A DNA stretch of 64,000 nucleotides from Octopus vulgaris (Eukaryota), in assembly GCA_951406725.2 (NCBI GenBank), contig OX597818.1:40114001-40178000 (forward strand), in the 5' to 3' direction. The translations under genes and the position numbers were made by a program. The notes beneath the pieces were generated by a model. It made no database searches and had not been told where the DNA came from. It was given only the letters and a program-made list of their open reading frames with translations. Below, piece by piece: positions 1 to 12,423 of the stretch (position 1 is the first letter of the stretch; every line of letters begins with the position of its first letter).

Positions 1-199
1 GACAATGTCTAAGATTGAATCATACTTAGAATGGCTTGCTGTATTATACTTACCAAAATGATTAGAATATTAGCCATTGATCATGTTGCATTTCTTCACT
101 ACATAATTATTTCTAATTAGATGGCACTATCTATAAAGTTACACCCCCCCCCCCAAAACCGGATTATAAGAAAAAAGGCCTCTCTTAATAATAGTAATA

Positions 200-398
200 A
201 CAAGTCTTCAAATTTGTGAGGAGGAGACAAGTTGATTACATTGACCCCCGGTGTTTCACTGGTGCTTAATTTATTAACCCCAAAATGACGAAAGGCAAAG
301 ATGACCTTGGTGGAATTTGAACTCAAAATGTAAAGATGAACGAAATGTCGCTAAGTATTTTGCTGGACATGCCAACGCTTCTGCCAACTTGTTGCCTC
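200..398 (-). mobile_element. tRNA-derived SINE with Meta-like central domain (family A)
   Basis: Reverse complement of the family A copy at 1331-1567. Confidence 0.75.
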
Positions 399-1062
399 CT
401 CCTCCTCCTCCTCATACTACTACTACTACTAATAATTATAAACCCTGAAGCGCTTCTCTCTCCTTAAAGGAAAACTTCCCCTCTCTTCTGTTTCTTAGTA
501 AACTCTCTCTCTCTCTCCATTTCTTATTCTGAAAGTAACTGTAGGTGGCAGCACCAACAGTCACCAGTTAGATTTTCTAATTAGATTTTTTAATCTTTAC
601 ATTGAATATATTAACATCAGTTAATTAACTTAACTCTTGTTTTTCATTGTATAGCATTATTAAGTATTAATCTCAGGATATAAACAATTCACTGTGTCAT
701 GTAGCAAGTTTTATTGGTGATAGTCAAGTTTTTGCCGACATATCTACTGATGGCTTTTTGCACCCATCAATAGTCTCTGTCAAAATTTGAACTCAAAATT
801 GCAAACTAACAGTAAGAAATTTTACTTCTAATTAGTATTTGTTTATGGCTAATTGGACAGGGCCATTAAAACTTAGTGTTGTCACTATAGAAATAAGACA
901 TCAATGTCAAGCTATGAACTCTGACTCTTGGTCAATGAGCATATTTTTGAATTGGTTAGCTGTATCTGTTGTGAAAAGTGGACTAAGTTTGATGTTCCCC
1001 CTATCCCATTTTGTTATATGATTCAAAGAAATTTAATTTTCTGTCACCCAATCAGTGTAATA

Positions 1063-1305
1063 TCATCATCATCATCATCGTTTAACATCCGCTTTCCATG
1101 CTAGCATGGGTTGGATGATTTGACTGAGGGCTGGCGAACCAGATGGCTGCACCAGGCTCCAGTCTTGATCTGGCATAGTTTCTACAGCTGGATGCCCTTC
1201 CTAATGCCAACCACTCTGAGAGTGTAGTGGGTGCGTTTACATGCCACTGGCATGTGGGCCAGTCAGGCGGTACTGGCAATGACCACGCTCAAATGGTACT
1301 TTTTA
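1063..1305 (-). mobile_element. 3' end of RTE-clade LINE with (GAT)n tail
   Basis: Reverse complement of the 3' UTR that follows the RTE ORF end at 49500-50250. Other copies near 5510-5906(+), 10793-11070(-), 11165-11330(+), 20341-20586(+), 25845-25998(+), 26700-26968(+), 30625-30918(+), 40828-40965(-), 42218-42690(-), 46375-46695(-), 61270-61746(+). Confidence 0.85.
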
Positions 1306-1330
1306 TGTTGTGTTTCTCTGTAGAACACTC

Positions 1331-1567
1331 AAGGCGGCGAGGTGGCAGAAACGTTAGCACACCAGGCTAAATGCTTAGCGGTATTTTGTCTGCCGATACG
1401 TTCTGAGTTCAAATTCCGCTGAGGTCGACTTTGCCTTTCATCCTTTCAGGGTTGATAAATTAAGTACCAGTTACACACTGTGGTTGATATAATCGACTTA
1501 ATCCGTTTGTCTGTCCTTGTTTGTCCCCTCTGTGTGCAGCCCCTTGTGGGCAGCAAAGAAATAAGAA
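1331..1567 (+). mobile_element. Full-length tRNA-derived SINE, family A (Meta-like domain)
   Basis: Head aaggcggcgaggtggcagaa with B-box gagttcaaattc; core gtcgactttgcctttcatcctttc-gggt-gataaattaagtaccag; tail aaagaaata. Other copies about 3382-3866, 6190-6775, 8968-9330, 19080-19250, 34007-34328, 56175-56632. Confidence 0.85.
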
Positions 1568-1709
1568 CACTTAATTTATATTCCTCAGTTCAGCTTGTAA
1601 TAGAGAATAGATTCCTAGTGTATTGGGAAAAGTTTCATATGGTAGACTTGTATCCTTATTCAGGAGACAATTGTTTTCCAGCTTCTTACCATATGAAATG
1701 AAATTGTGC

Positions 1710-2050
1710 CTAGGATGATTGTGTGGTTAAGAAGCTCACTTTGCAACCATATGGTTTCAGGTTCAGTCCTACTGGATGGCACCTTGGGCAAGTGTTTTCT
1801 TTCTGCTTTAGTCATGGTCTAACCAATACCTTTTGAATGAATTTTGTAGACAGAAACTGTGAGGAAGCCCATCACATATGTGCGTGTGTGTATGTGTGAG
1901 TACTGTGTTTGTGTTCCTCCACCACCACTTGAAAACCGGTGTTGGCTCGTTTATGTCCTTGCAACTTAGCAATTTAGTGACAGAGACCAATAGAACAAGT
2001 ACCAGACTTTAAAAATATGCATTAGGGTTGATTTGTTTGATTAAACCTTT
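1710..2050 (+). mobile_element. CORE-type tRNA SINE, family B (octopus OR2-like), diverged copy
   Basis: ggttcagtcc B-box, CORE-like ggcaccttgggcaagtgt, internal TG microsatellite and the second half of family B. Confidence 0.75.
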
Positions 2051-2309
2051 TCTAAAAATAATAATAAAAAAAAGGGAAGAAAGAAAAAGATACCGAATAA
2101 TCTTTGGGAAAAAAAAGGTTTTCTCAAAGCTGATGTTTTGTTTCTGATAAAGATAAAAAAAAAACTGAGCTTATTTTGAATTCATATTCACAAAGCATGG
2201 CAAACTCAATTTTTCCATGCTTCAGTGAAGCTGAATTCATTGTGGTTGACCAAGCAATAGGTTTATAGTATTGATATATTTTGAGTTTACACCAGAAATT
2301 AGTATTTAA

Positions 2310-2716
2310 CTCTTTTATTACCATATTTCTGTTGAGATGCTCTGTGTTTCTTTCAATTAATTTTAAATATAACAAAGCTAGTGTTAGGAGTATAAATTGT
2401 GTCTAAGGTTTTGTGAAAGATTTTAATTCAGAATTTTTGAAAACAAAACAGAGCCAGAGGCCGTTTCAGCTGGGTTGGTAGCCAAAGGGTTAAAAGAGTA
2501 TTTAACCTTTTCATTACTATATTTCTGTTGAGATGCTCTGTGTTTCTTTCAATTAATTTTAAATATAGCAAAGAATCTCGTAAAATAACTTAGTTATCAT
2601 TAAGCTGGTGTTAGGAATATAAATTATGTCTAAGGTTTAGTGGAAGATTTTAATTCAGAATTTTTGAAAACAAAACAGAGCCAGAGGCCGTTTCAGCTGG
2701 GTTGGTAGCCAAAGGG
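2310..2716. mobile_element. Two tandem copies of piggyBac-like MITE family 1 (2310-2489, 2506-2716)
   Basis: Each copy is bounded by TTAA and ends in aaaggg; homologous to the intact copy at 53703-53922. Confidence 0.8.
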
Positions 2717-3544
2717 TTAAAAGAATTTTTTTTCACCGAAATGTATATATCAAGTTTAATAGTTCAAACTTTTTCAAGCTAAACACAAAATGGTTTCTAA
2801 CCATAGAGATTTAGATTAAAGTAGTTGCATTTTGTAGAGCAAGTATAAAATATACCCTCTGTGTCTGAGTTTTGTGTTTTCAGTCATCATCTAACTACAC
2901 TATGGGTACATTGTTTGCTTTGATGTGTGTGTGTGTGTGTGCATGTGTTTGCATGTGTGTGTGTGTCTGTGCGTGAGTATAGTATTTCCCTGTTATTATC
3001 TCCCCGCCATTCAATGTTTTTTCAATGTTGGCATTCTTTTCATCCTTTATTTCCCTCCTAACTCCCATTTACTCCTTCCACTAACACTTGTTATCTCTCT
3101 CTTCTCCTCCCTTATATTCCCTTCATCCCCCCTTTCACTAATTCTAGTTCATTTGACATTTTTCCTTTTTTGGGATGCAGAACTTTGCTCTAAAATGAAA
3201 CTGAATCCCTTTTTAGACCAATCTTCTTCCATGCTGCACTGCTTTCACACCTACACAGAGCATCACTTGTTATCTCAAATTCTGTAATTTTACTAACTTA
3301 TTTATTGTTAGTAATATTATAGTGTTCAATATTAATAATGGTTATGGCAACTATAATATTTTGTATCTCAGCTTGTATTATAAGGCGGCAGAATCGTTTG
3401 TAGGCTGGGTGAAATGCTTAGCAGTATTTTGTCTGCTGCTATGTTCTGAGTTCAAACTCCCCTGAGGCTGACTTTGCCTTTCATCCGATGTAATTGACTT
3501 GTCCTCTCCCCACAAATTTCAGGCCTTGTGTTTTTACCAGAAAG

Positions 3545-3572
3545 GATTATTATTATTATTATTATTATTATT

Positions 3573-3619
<47 letters not shown>

Positions 3620-3647
3620 TATTATTATTATTATCATTATTATTATT
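3545..3647. repeat. Compound (TAT)n(CAT)n(TAT)n microsatellite
   Basis: Directly visible; source of the poly-I/M/S/L ORFs. Confidence 0.95.
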
Positions 3648-6600
3648 AAGGCAGCAAGCTGGCAGAATTGTTAGCACGCTGGATGAAATGTTTAGTGGTG
3701 TTTAGCCTGTTGCTACATTCTGAGTTCAAATTCTGCAGAGGTTGACTTTGCCTTTCGTCCTTTTGGGGTTGATAACTTAAATACCAGTAAAGTACTGGGG
3801 TCATTGTAATTGACTAGACTCCTCCCCACAAATTTCAAGCCTTGTGCCTACAGTAGAAAGGATTATTAAAATAATTTTTTTCTTCTTTTTCTACCACTGG
3901 TACAAAGCCTAGAATTTTGGGGGAGGGACCAGTCAATTATAACAATCCCACCACTCGAGTGGTCCTTATTTTATTGACCCCAAAAGGATCAAAGACAAAG
4001 TTGACTTTGGCAGTATTTGAATTCCTTACGTTTTGAGTTCAAAATATCACTATGGTTTCGTTTTTCATCTTTCAGGGTTCAGTAAAATAAGTACCAGTTG
4101 AGTACTGGGGTCATTGTAATTAGACTCTTTCTCCGAAAATTGCTGGCTTTGTGCGTATACTAGAAAGGAAAAGATGGCAAAAAGTAAAATAAATATATAA
4201 ATACAAACCCAGTTACAGGAGGAAGGACAGTGTTCATTAGTCTTTTCCTGGTTCTCCCAGACTGGTGAGATCAATGTAGTTACAGAAAGAATTCTAGAAA
4301 ACTCCTGTAGCTCTGGGAAATAAAGCTTGTGTTTAATGTTTAGTAAAGAGGTTTTTGGTGGATTTGATGATACACATCAGGGTGGAATTTGGAGACATTA
4401 TTTACTTAATGATTGGCTGGGTATTTCATATTGAGATTGTTTTTATTATGAATTAAGTTCACTTTGAAACAGTCCTTCTGTACATAATCTAACAGTTGAT
4501 TCATGTTTTATTTAATAAAATCTCTTTCATTTGAAGGCGTGTCAAATGGATATATTTTTTTAACTTGTACATAGCAAACCTATGTTTCACTTTGGTTTAT
4601 ACTGTAAGGAAAAAAAAAAAAGGAGAGAAATATTGAATAGGCTCATTGTTTAAAATATAATACAAATAAGAGGGTCACCAAAAAGTAATTACAAAACACT
4701 ACAGCTGAAATACTAATTTCCCAATAAGCTATTAATTAGATTATTAGCACTAAATACAGAGTAATTAGATTCTATATCTACTCTCCTCTAAATGTCACTC
4801 TAGTTTATGATAAAACTGTTAAAATATGACAGGCTTTGACATTTCAGAGAGTGGTGTAATCATTAATTAGGTTATATGCCTTTATATAGTAATGGAAAGT
4901 CCAGTTCCTTTTTAAGGCCACTATTAGTTGTATGTAATTAAGAAGGCTAGGCTGGAACTTAAATGAACAACTGTGCTGTTGCTGAAAACCCCTCTAGTTT
5001 TTGGAGTAAGTGTTATGTATGTAATGTGTATTTGAAATCATTTATGAGAAATGTAAGCCTTTTAATTTTCTTATAGTAGAATTTATAGGGCCTTGTATAC
5101 CATTTAATTTTATTATAAGAATGTAATTTATGCTAAGATATTCAGAAAACTAGATGAAAGGATGAAGGGTGCTAACAAAAACACAATACACTTTGAGAAG
5201 GGCTAGAGGTGCACTATTAGGTTTAATGACTTGGGTAATTAGATGATATTAATTTTATAGTTGTTCAATTTGAATTGCTGATGTAGTTGGAAGAAAATCA
5301 AAATGTGAAGAGAATTCTAGAAGGTTTGCAGTATGGTGGTTGACCTGTGAGATTTTGTATTAGTGAAAAGAGGGAAACTGCATATAGACGAATTGCAATT
5401 TAGATAAGAGCAGAGGTGAGTAGAGATTATCGTTATTGATGAGCACCTCGTCTTGATTGAGCATATTTAGGATCAAAGACATTCCAGCTATAGTCACTCT
5501 GTTTTTCAGACTGCTGGCACTTGTGCCTGTGCTAGAGAGCAACATCCGAGTGTGATCATTGCCAGAGTGACTAACTGGCTTCCGTGCCGGTGGCACGTAA
5601 AAGGGCACCAATTCGAGAGTGATTGTTACCAGCCTCGCCTTACTAGCACCTGTGTCGGTGGCATGTGTAAAAAGATTCGAGCAAGGTCATTGTCAGTCCC
5701 GCCTGACTGGCCCCCGTGCCGGTGGTACGTAAAAAGCACCCACTACACTCTTGGAGTGGTTGGCGTTAGGAAGGGCATCCAGCTGTAGAAACTCTGCCAG
5801 ATCAAGATTGGAGCCTGGTGCAGCCATCTGGTTCGCTAGCCCTCAGTCAAAATCGTCCAGCCCATGCTAGCATGGAAAGCGGCCATTAAACGATGATGAT
5901 GATGATCATTCAGTGTGCTTTTTCATTCTTTTTAAAGACAAGTTAGGTGCATTATGAGGGAGATTTGGCTGCTATTTTTAGCAAGTCAAATAACCATATA
6001 ATTTCCTTCATTGGTTCATAAAGATTTATTGTAGTATTGAGCAGACTGATAGAGAACAACTCAAGTGTTGTGCAGATGATTGGAGAGTGATAGTGTTATT
6101 GATGTAACAGATGTTGTGAAGTAAATGTCATGCTTGTTCTTTGTAATTTGAAGGAACCCAGTTTTAGCAGCATTTCTTCTAACATTTCATATTCTGGGTT
6201 CACATTCTGCAAAGATCAACTTTGCTTTCCATCCTTTCGGTGGAGTCAATAATATAAAGTACCAGTTGCACACTGGGGTTGATGTAAAGTGACTAGACCC
6301 TCCCCTTACCCCTGCAAATTTCAGACCTTGTGCCTAGAATAGAAAAAGAAAAAGAGTTTATTGTTATTTTATATATGCACACATAGCAGCATTCTGTCTG
6401 TGTGTCCTGAGTTCAAATACCACCGAGATCAACTTTGCCTTTCATCCTTTCGGAATTGATAAATTAAGTACCAGTCAAGTATTGGGGTCGATGTAATTGA
6501 CTAGTTCCTTCCCCACAAATTTCAGGTTTTGCGCCTTTAGTAGAAAGTATTATTATTATTATTATTAAGGCAGTGAGCTGGCAGAATTGTTAGCATGCTG

Positions 6601-7172
6601 GATGAAATGCTTAGTGGTGTTTCGCCTGTCACTATGTTCTGAGTTCAAATTCTGGCCAAGTTGACCTTGTCTTTCACCCTTTTGGGGGTCGCTAAATTAA
6701 GTACCAGTTGAGTACTGGGTCAATGTAATCGACTTTACCTATCTCACCAAATTCCAGACCTTGTGAAAAGGATTATTTTTCTTTCTTTCCTAATCCCTCC
6801 TTCTTGGGGTCAACAGTCCAGATACTTATTGATCAGACCACGCATCTGTTAATTCATATATGCAGGGTGATTTTGAGACAATGGGTAATTTTCATTGAAT
6901 ATTGCTGAATGCCATTTCATCTGGTTTGGAACCGAGATTCTTTGAAAATCAGGGTAGTTGTAATATCAGGTCGTGGTACTTGTTTTATAGTATTCTTTTA
7001 TTCTTTTACTTGTTTCAATCATTTGACTATGGCCATGCTAGAGCACTGCTTTGAAGGTTTTTTTTCTTTAGTTAAGTCGACCCCAGAACCTATTTTTAAA
7101 GCCTAGTTCTTATTCTATCAGTCTCGTTTGCTGAACTGCAAAGTTATGAGGACCTTAATACACCAACACTGG

Positions 7173-7476
7173 TTCAGTTCTATATTTAAGAGATGACGAA
7201 TTATGTACATTATTTACATTATTTACATTTGATGGATATTTGTCCTCATCTTGTTTGTTGTTAATATGTTTTGGTTGATATACCCTCCAGCCTTTATCAG
7301 GTGTCTTGAGGAAATTTCGAACCTGGCTTCTCATTTCTAAGGTATTTTTCAATGTTATTATTATTACTTAGATCACTGCTTGGAATCAAACTTGGAATCT
7401 TGGGGTTAGTAGCCCATGCTCTTAACCACTACAACAAACAAGATGACAAAATATCTGTCAAATGTAAATAATGTAT
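7173..7476 (-). mobile_element. tRNA-headed, hammerhead-bearing non-autonomous retroelement with Penelope-like layout, inserted in a family B SINE
   Basis: 9-bp TSD caacactgg (7164-7172 and 7477-7485); tRNA-like head about 7430-7375; decayed hammerhead about 7306-7263; inverted copy of the tail at 7431-7475. Confidence 0.65.
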
Positions 7477-7555
7477 CAACACTGGATGTCAAGCAGTGGG
7501 GTGAGAGGAACACAAACACAGACATAAAGAGAAACACACAGATATATACATACAT

Positions 7556-8792
7556 ATCATCATCATCCATCGTTTAACGTCCACCTTCCATGCTGGCATG
7601 GGTGAGACAGTTTGACAGGAGCCAGCCAGGCAGAAACCTGTATCAGATTTCTGTGACTGTTTTGACAGGATTTTTACAGCTAGGTGCCCTTCCTAATAAC
7701 AACCACTCAGCAGTGTGGACTTAGTGCTTTTTACATGGCACAAGCACAGGCAAGGTCAGTTTTGGCAAAGTTTTTACAGCTGAATGTCCTTCCAACCACC
7801 AACCCTTTACAGTGTGGACTGGATGCTTTTTAAGTGGGACCTGCACTGACAGGGTCACCAAGTACCTTGCAAGACAAAAAAAAAAAATCTTTTCAGATGT
7901 AGGAGGAATTGGAGGAGGTGATCTCGTGTCAGATGATGAAAGGTTATAGTGAGACAGAGAGACAGAAACAGGTATCTTGCTGTAGAGGAGGTACAAGGTT
8001 ACCTGGCCAGAGAGAGAGAGGGAGAGTGATCAAGAATGAAAATAGAAACAGGTGTGCTGCTGCAAAGTAGATGCATGGTTACCCAACCTGAGGGAAGTGC
8101 AGGCAAAGAGAGAAAGGGTTGGGAGGCAGCAAGATAGAGATGGTGGCAATGTGCTGGGCATACTCAGAAGGGACAGGGATCAGAATATAAATGGGTTGGT
8201 TGAGTAAAGGAAGAGAGAGATATAGATGGTGGCAAGTGCCAGGGCATACACTTCAGGTTCAAATGTCATAATATAAGTGGCAGAATATCATGAAGGAAGT
8301 GTGATTAGAGAGTGTGGAGGGGGAAGTGAGTGGTGAAAATCAGGGTATATATAAAGTGTGTGTGTGGGGGTGTTTACAGTGATACAGAGAAACGGGGTGG
8401 GGGCATTAGGATTGGAGAGTGTGAGGTAGGCATAGTGCATGAAGGAGGAAATGTGAGGAAGAGAAGAGATGCCGATTGGTTTGTTGGGTAGTGTGTGTGA
8501 AAGGTTTTCTTGTCACATGTGGATGGAACACACAGGTTGGGGGCTAACAGATAACAATGATACAGTGAGACAGGGTGTGTTGGAGGAACACACAGGTCAG
8601 GGTCTAACAGATAACAATGATACAGTGAGATAAGGCCAAGAGGACAGGATTGTGGAGTGGAAGGTAAGCATGAAGTGGAAATGCAAGGAAGAGGAGTGAT
8701 GTAGAGATGTAATTTGGTTTGTTGTGGTAGCACTTCTAGAACTCAGTTTTGCTGCCCTGGGTGGGTCTTCTCAAGAACTTCATATCGCCAGA
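7556..8792 (-). mobile_element. 5'-truncated RTE-like LINE with about 1.2 kb 3' UTR
   Basis: Minus strand starts with the ORF end WRYEVLEKTHP (cf. LWLYAVLEKTHQA at about 15730) and ends with the shared RTE terminus and (GAT)n tail at 7556. Confidence 0.6.
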
Positions 8793-10107
8793 CACACACA
8801 TACAAACTCAGTTTCTGTCTACCAAATCCACCCACAAGGCTTTGGTCGGCCTGAGGCTATAGCAGAAGACGCTTGCCCAAGATACCATGCAGTGGTATTG
8901 AACTTGGAACCATGTAGTTGTGAAGCAAGCTGCTTACCACACAGCCACACCTGCACCTATCTGTATATTCTGAGTTCAAATCTTGCTTAGACCAACTTTG
9001 CTTTGTTTTTCTTCCAGGGTCAATAAAATAAGGTATCAGTCAAGTACTGGGGCTAGTTTAAATGACAGTCCTCTCTTTCAAAATTTCTGGCCTTGCACCT
9101 GCATTAGAAACAATAACCTTAAGGATGGTGGATTAGTAGATTTGTTAAAAGTATTAGAAAAGTGCCTCATGGTACTTATTCAGCACTTTGCATTCTATGA
9201 GTCCTATTGATATCAACTTTACCTTTCACACTTTCAGATTTTTTCATAAAATAGAGTACCATTCAAGTACTGAGGTGTTTTAATCAATACTCTTCCTCTA
9301 AAATTGCTGGCCCTGAGCCAAATTTGAAACCATTGAAATTATTATCATTATTATTATTGAGTGAGAGAGCAGCGCATGCCATCAAAGCGACACTGGGTTA
9401 CAAATATATGAAGTCCAATTTACCCATCATGACTATCTGTCTGATAGTGTTATGGCAGCATCATTAGAGCATTGAGCAAAATACCTTAGAAAGTTTTTTC
9501 TAGCTTTTTACCGATATTAAGTAATTATTATTTTACTTGTGTAACTGTAATTGTCAGAGTTGAGTTATTGGATTATGATTGATTTGAAACTGGAATGATT
9601 TGATGATAACCTATAGTTGGATGTTGTTTGTTTTCATCAGCAAGCATTTAATCATTGTTGAAGAAAATGAAATTCTACTTGTTCTTCACAATGATGGTTA
9701 AAACTGAATAACGAACTTGAACATCCATGTGTGAAAATCTGTCCAGCTTTCTAGGTCATCTATTTAAAATTATTTAAAAACAAAACCACTCATTAATTGC
9801 CTTCACAAATTTTGTTGAATTAGCAAGGAAAATGTGATTGTTGCAGATCATCTGATTTGTATATAGACACTATTGTGATTTCATGGTTGGCTAAGTTATT
9901 ACTAAATTGCTATAGTATGTATGAAATGAATTATCATTGCTTTGATCAAGGATCAAATCAATGGTCTGTCTGTTCTTTCTTAATATGTTCATATTTGAAT
10001 GTGAATATATTAATTACTGTTGTGTTTTTCCTTTGGAGAACAACTCCATTCAAATGGTAAAGTTGATCACACAACACCTGTGTTTTGAACTTGTTATGTC
10101 TCCTCAG

Positions 10108-10143
10108 TCAAAACTCCTGGATATCTGAAACCAAGCAAGATTG
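10108..10143 (+). CDS. Candidate 36-nt micro-exon (xKTPGYLKPSKI) of the same gene
   Basis: tgtctcctcag acceptor, G|gtgggt donor; open, phase 1-1, compatible with the phase-1 start of exon 47365; lies in non-repeat sequence. No homology support. Confidence 0.35.
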
Positions 10144-10505
10144 GTGGGTTTTGTTTACAGAATTAAGTTAACAGATTATTTGCTGATGTGTACTGATGTC
10201 TATTTAATTGATAATAAATTATCATAAGCACATAAAACAGCAAGAATCCAATAAGTTTATTCATTCTTAGTATATTTTGTTTTGGAAGATGTAATTACAA
10301 CAGTAGTTAATATATACATGTTCAAACTTGTCACACTGTGTTAAGAAAGAATATATATAAATACTAAAAATAAGGGTGTCTAAGAGACACCACCATGCTG
10401 AAATAGCAGTCAAATCCCTGACTCTAAAACCACGTTAAATGTTCATATCACACCATGAGATAAGACAGAGGGACAAAATAGACTAGCAAAAAATATTACT
10501 GAATA

Positions 10506-10563
10506 ATTCAAGATCCTGGATTTCTAGCTTTGCTTTAAATAAGCTTTGCCTCATCAGTTGAAT
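10506..10563 (-). ncRNA. Minimal type I hammerhead ribozyme motif in a Penelope-like repeat
   Basis: Minus strand: attcaa CTGATGA ggc..gcta GAAA tcc a gg ATC ttgaat. 6-bp stem I, near-palindromic stem III, AUC cleavage triplet; base of stem II mismatched. Confidence 0.6.
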
Positions 10564-12126
10564 ATATCAGATGGGTACATAAATACAGATAAATATATGC
10601 AGAACAAACGTTATACTTACATATACGAACGTCCATACATACATATATATGCACGTATGTACATGGCCAGTTAAATTGCCCGATAAACACCCCATAAGCA
10701 CGATATGGTCAAAATAAACATTGCAGTGAATATAGTGACGAATTATATAAATTTATATATCATTTATAAATTTATATATATATATATATATATCATCATC
10801 ATTTAATGCCTGTTGTCCATGCTGGCATGGGTTGGACAGTTTGACCAGGGCTGGAAGGCTGCACCAGACTCCAGTTTGACTTGGCATGGTTTTCTATGGC
10901 TGGATGCCCTTCCTAACACCAACCACTCTGAGTGTGTAATGGATGCCTTTACATTCCACTGGCACGGGTGCCATTTGCATAACACCAGTATTTGCCAGAA
11001 GTGAGGCCCAACTTCCTAAGATCAGTCCTTACCACTTCATTCCATGTCTTCTTGGGTCTCCTTCTTCCACAGGTATACACACACACACATACACACACCA
11101 TTGTATTTATGAAAGCATTTCTTTAAATAATACTCATCATAAAGATAGTGGCACACAAAATATACTCAGCCCACTCTGCAGGGTGGTTGGTGTTAAGAAG
11201 GGCATCCAACTGTAAAACCATGCCAAAACAGACACAGTAGCCTGGTGTAGTCTTCTACCTGGCTGGCTCCTGTCAAACCATCCTACCCATGTCAGCATAG
11301 AAGACAGATGTTAAATGATGATGATGATGATAAACAGATTGTTAATTATGTTAAGAAAAAATTAGGAGCTTAATATGGACTATATAAAAGGGATATTGTA
11401 GGCCTGAGTTATTACAAAAATTAAATGAATGTAATTGACATTGAATATTTTCTGCACAGTTGTAAAGAAGTTTATATAATATATAGAATAAAGGAAGTGT
11501 ATGCACACACACACACACATGATAAGCTTCTTTCAGTTTTCTTGTTGAAATCCATTTACAAACTTTGGTTAGCACCATGAAGCTGAAGTAGAAGACACTT
11601 GCCCAAGATGCTACACAATGGGACTGACTCCGAAATCATAGGGTTAAGTCAACTTCTTAACTACATAGCAATGCTTGCACTCAACCATGCCAAAGCAGAT
11701 CTTGCCAGTGCTGGGGTCATGTAGAAAGCACCCAGCCCATTCTGTAAAGTGGTTGATGTTTAAGAAGGGCATCAAGCTGTAAAAAGCATGCCAAAACAGA
11801 CAGTGGAACCTAGTGTAGTCCTCTGGCTTGCCAGCTCCTGTCAGGCTGTCCAACCCATGCCAGCATTGAAAACAAACATTAAATGATAATGATGAGGATA
11901 ATGAGGATAATATAATATATATCTAGGTGCACACATAGTGTGCCTATGTGGTTCAGAAGAAGTTTGCTTCCAAACTCCAATGGTTTCAGGTTCAGTCCCA
12001 CTGTGTTTCACCTTCGGCAAGCATCTTCTACTATAGTTCTGGGTTGAACAAAGCTCTGGGAGTGAAATTTGCTGAAGGAAACTGAAAGACACTAGTTGTG
12101 TGTGTTTGTGTGTATAATCAAGAATT

Positions 12127-12423
12127 AATTCTGTTGTGTCTGGGGAGAGTCATTTTCTTTTTGTGCCTTACAAATGTAACACACTCACCGGTAAAATTTC
12201 CACTTATTTCTTATTTCTCTAAGATTTTCGTTGCGTCTTGCAACCTTTTCAAGACTATTGAAAATTTTAGGAAAATAAAAATAAGAAATAAGTGAAAATT
12301 TTACCGGTGAGTGTGTTACATTGTAAGGCACAAAAAGAAAATGACTCTCCCCAGATACAACAGAATATGCTTCAACACACGAACTCATATAAAGAATCTT
12401 GCAAACCAAATCCAAAAACGAAA
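12127..12423. mobile_element. Fold-back non-autonomous element (Penelope-like layout) with variant hammerhead core
   Basis: About 90-bp inverted arms (12128-12217 and about 12278-12366); possible TSD caagaatt; a second single-arm copy at about 57180-57378. Confidence 0.6.
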
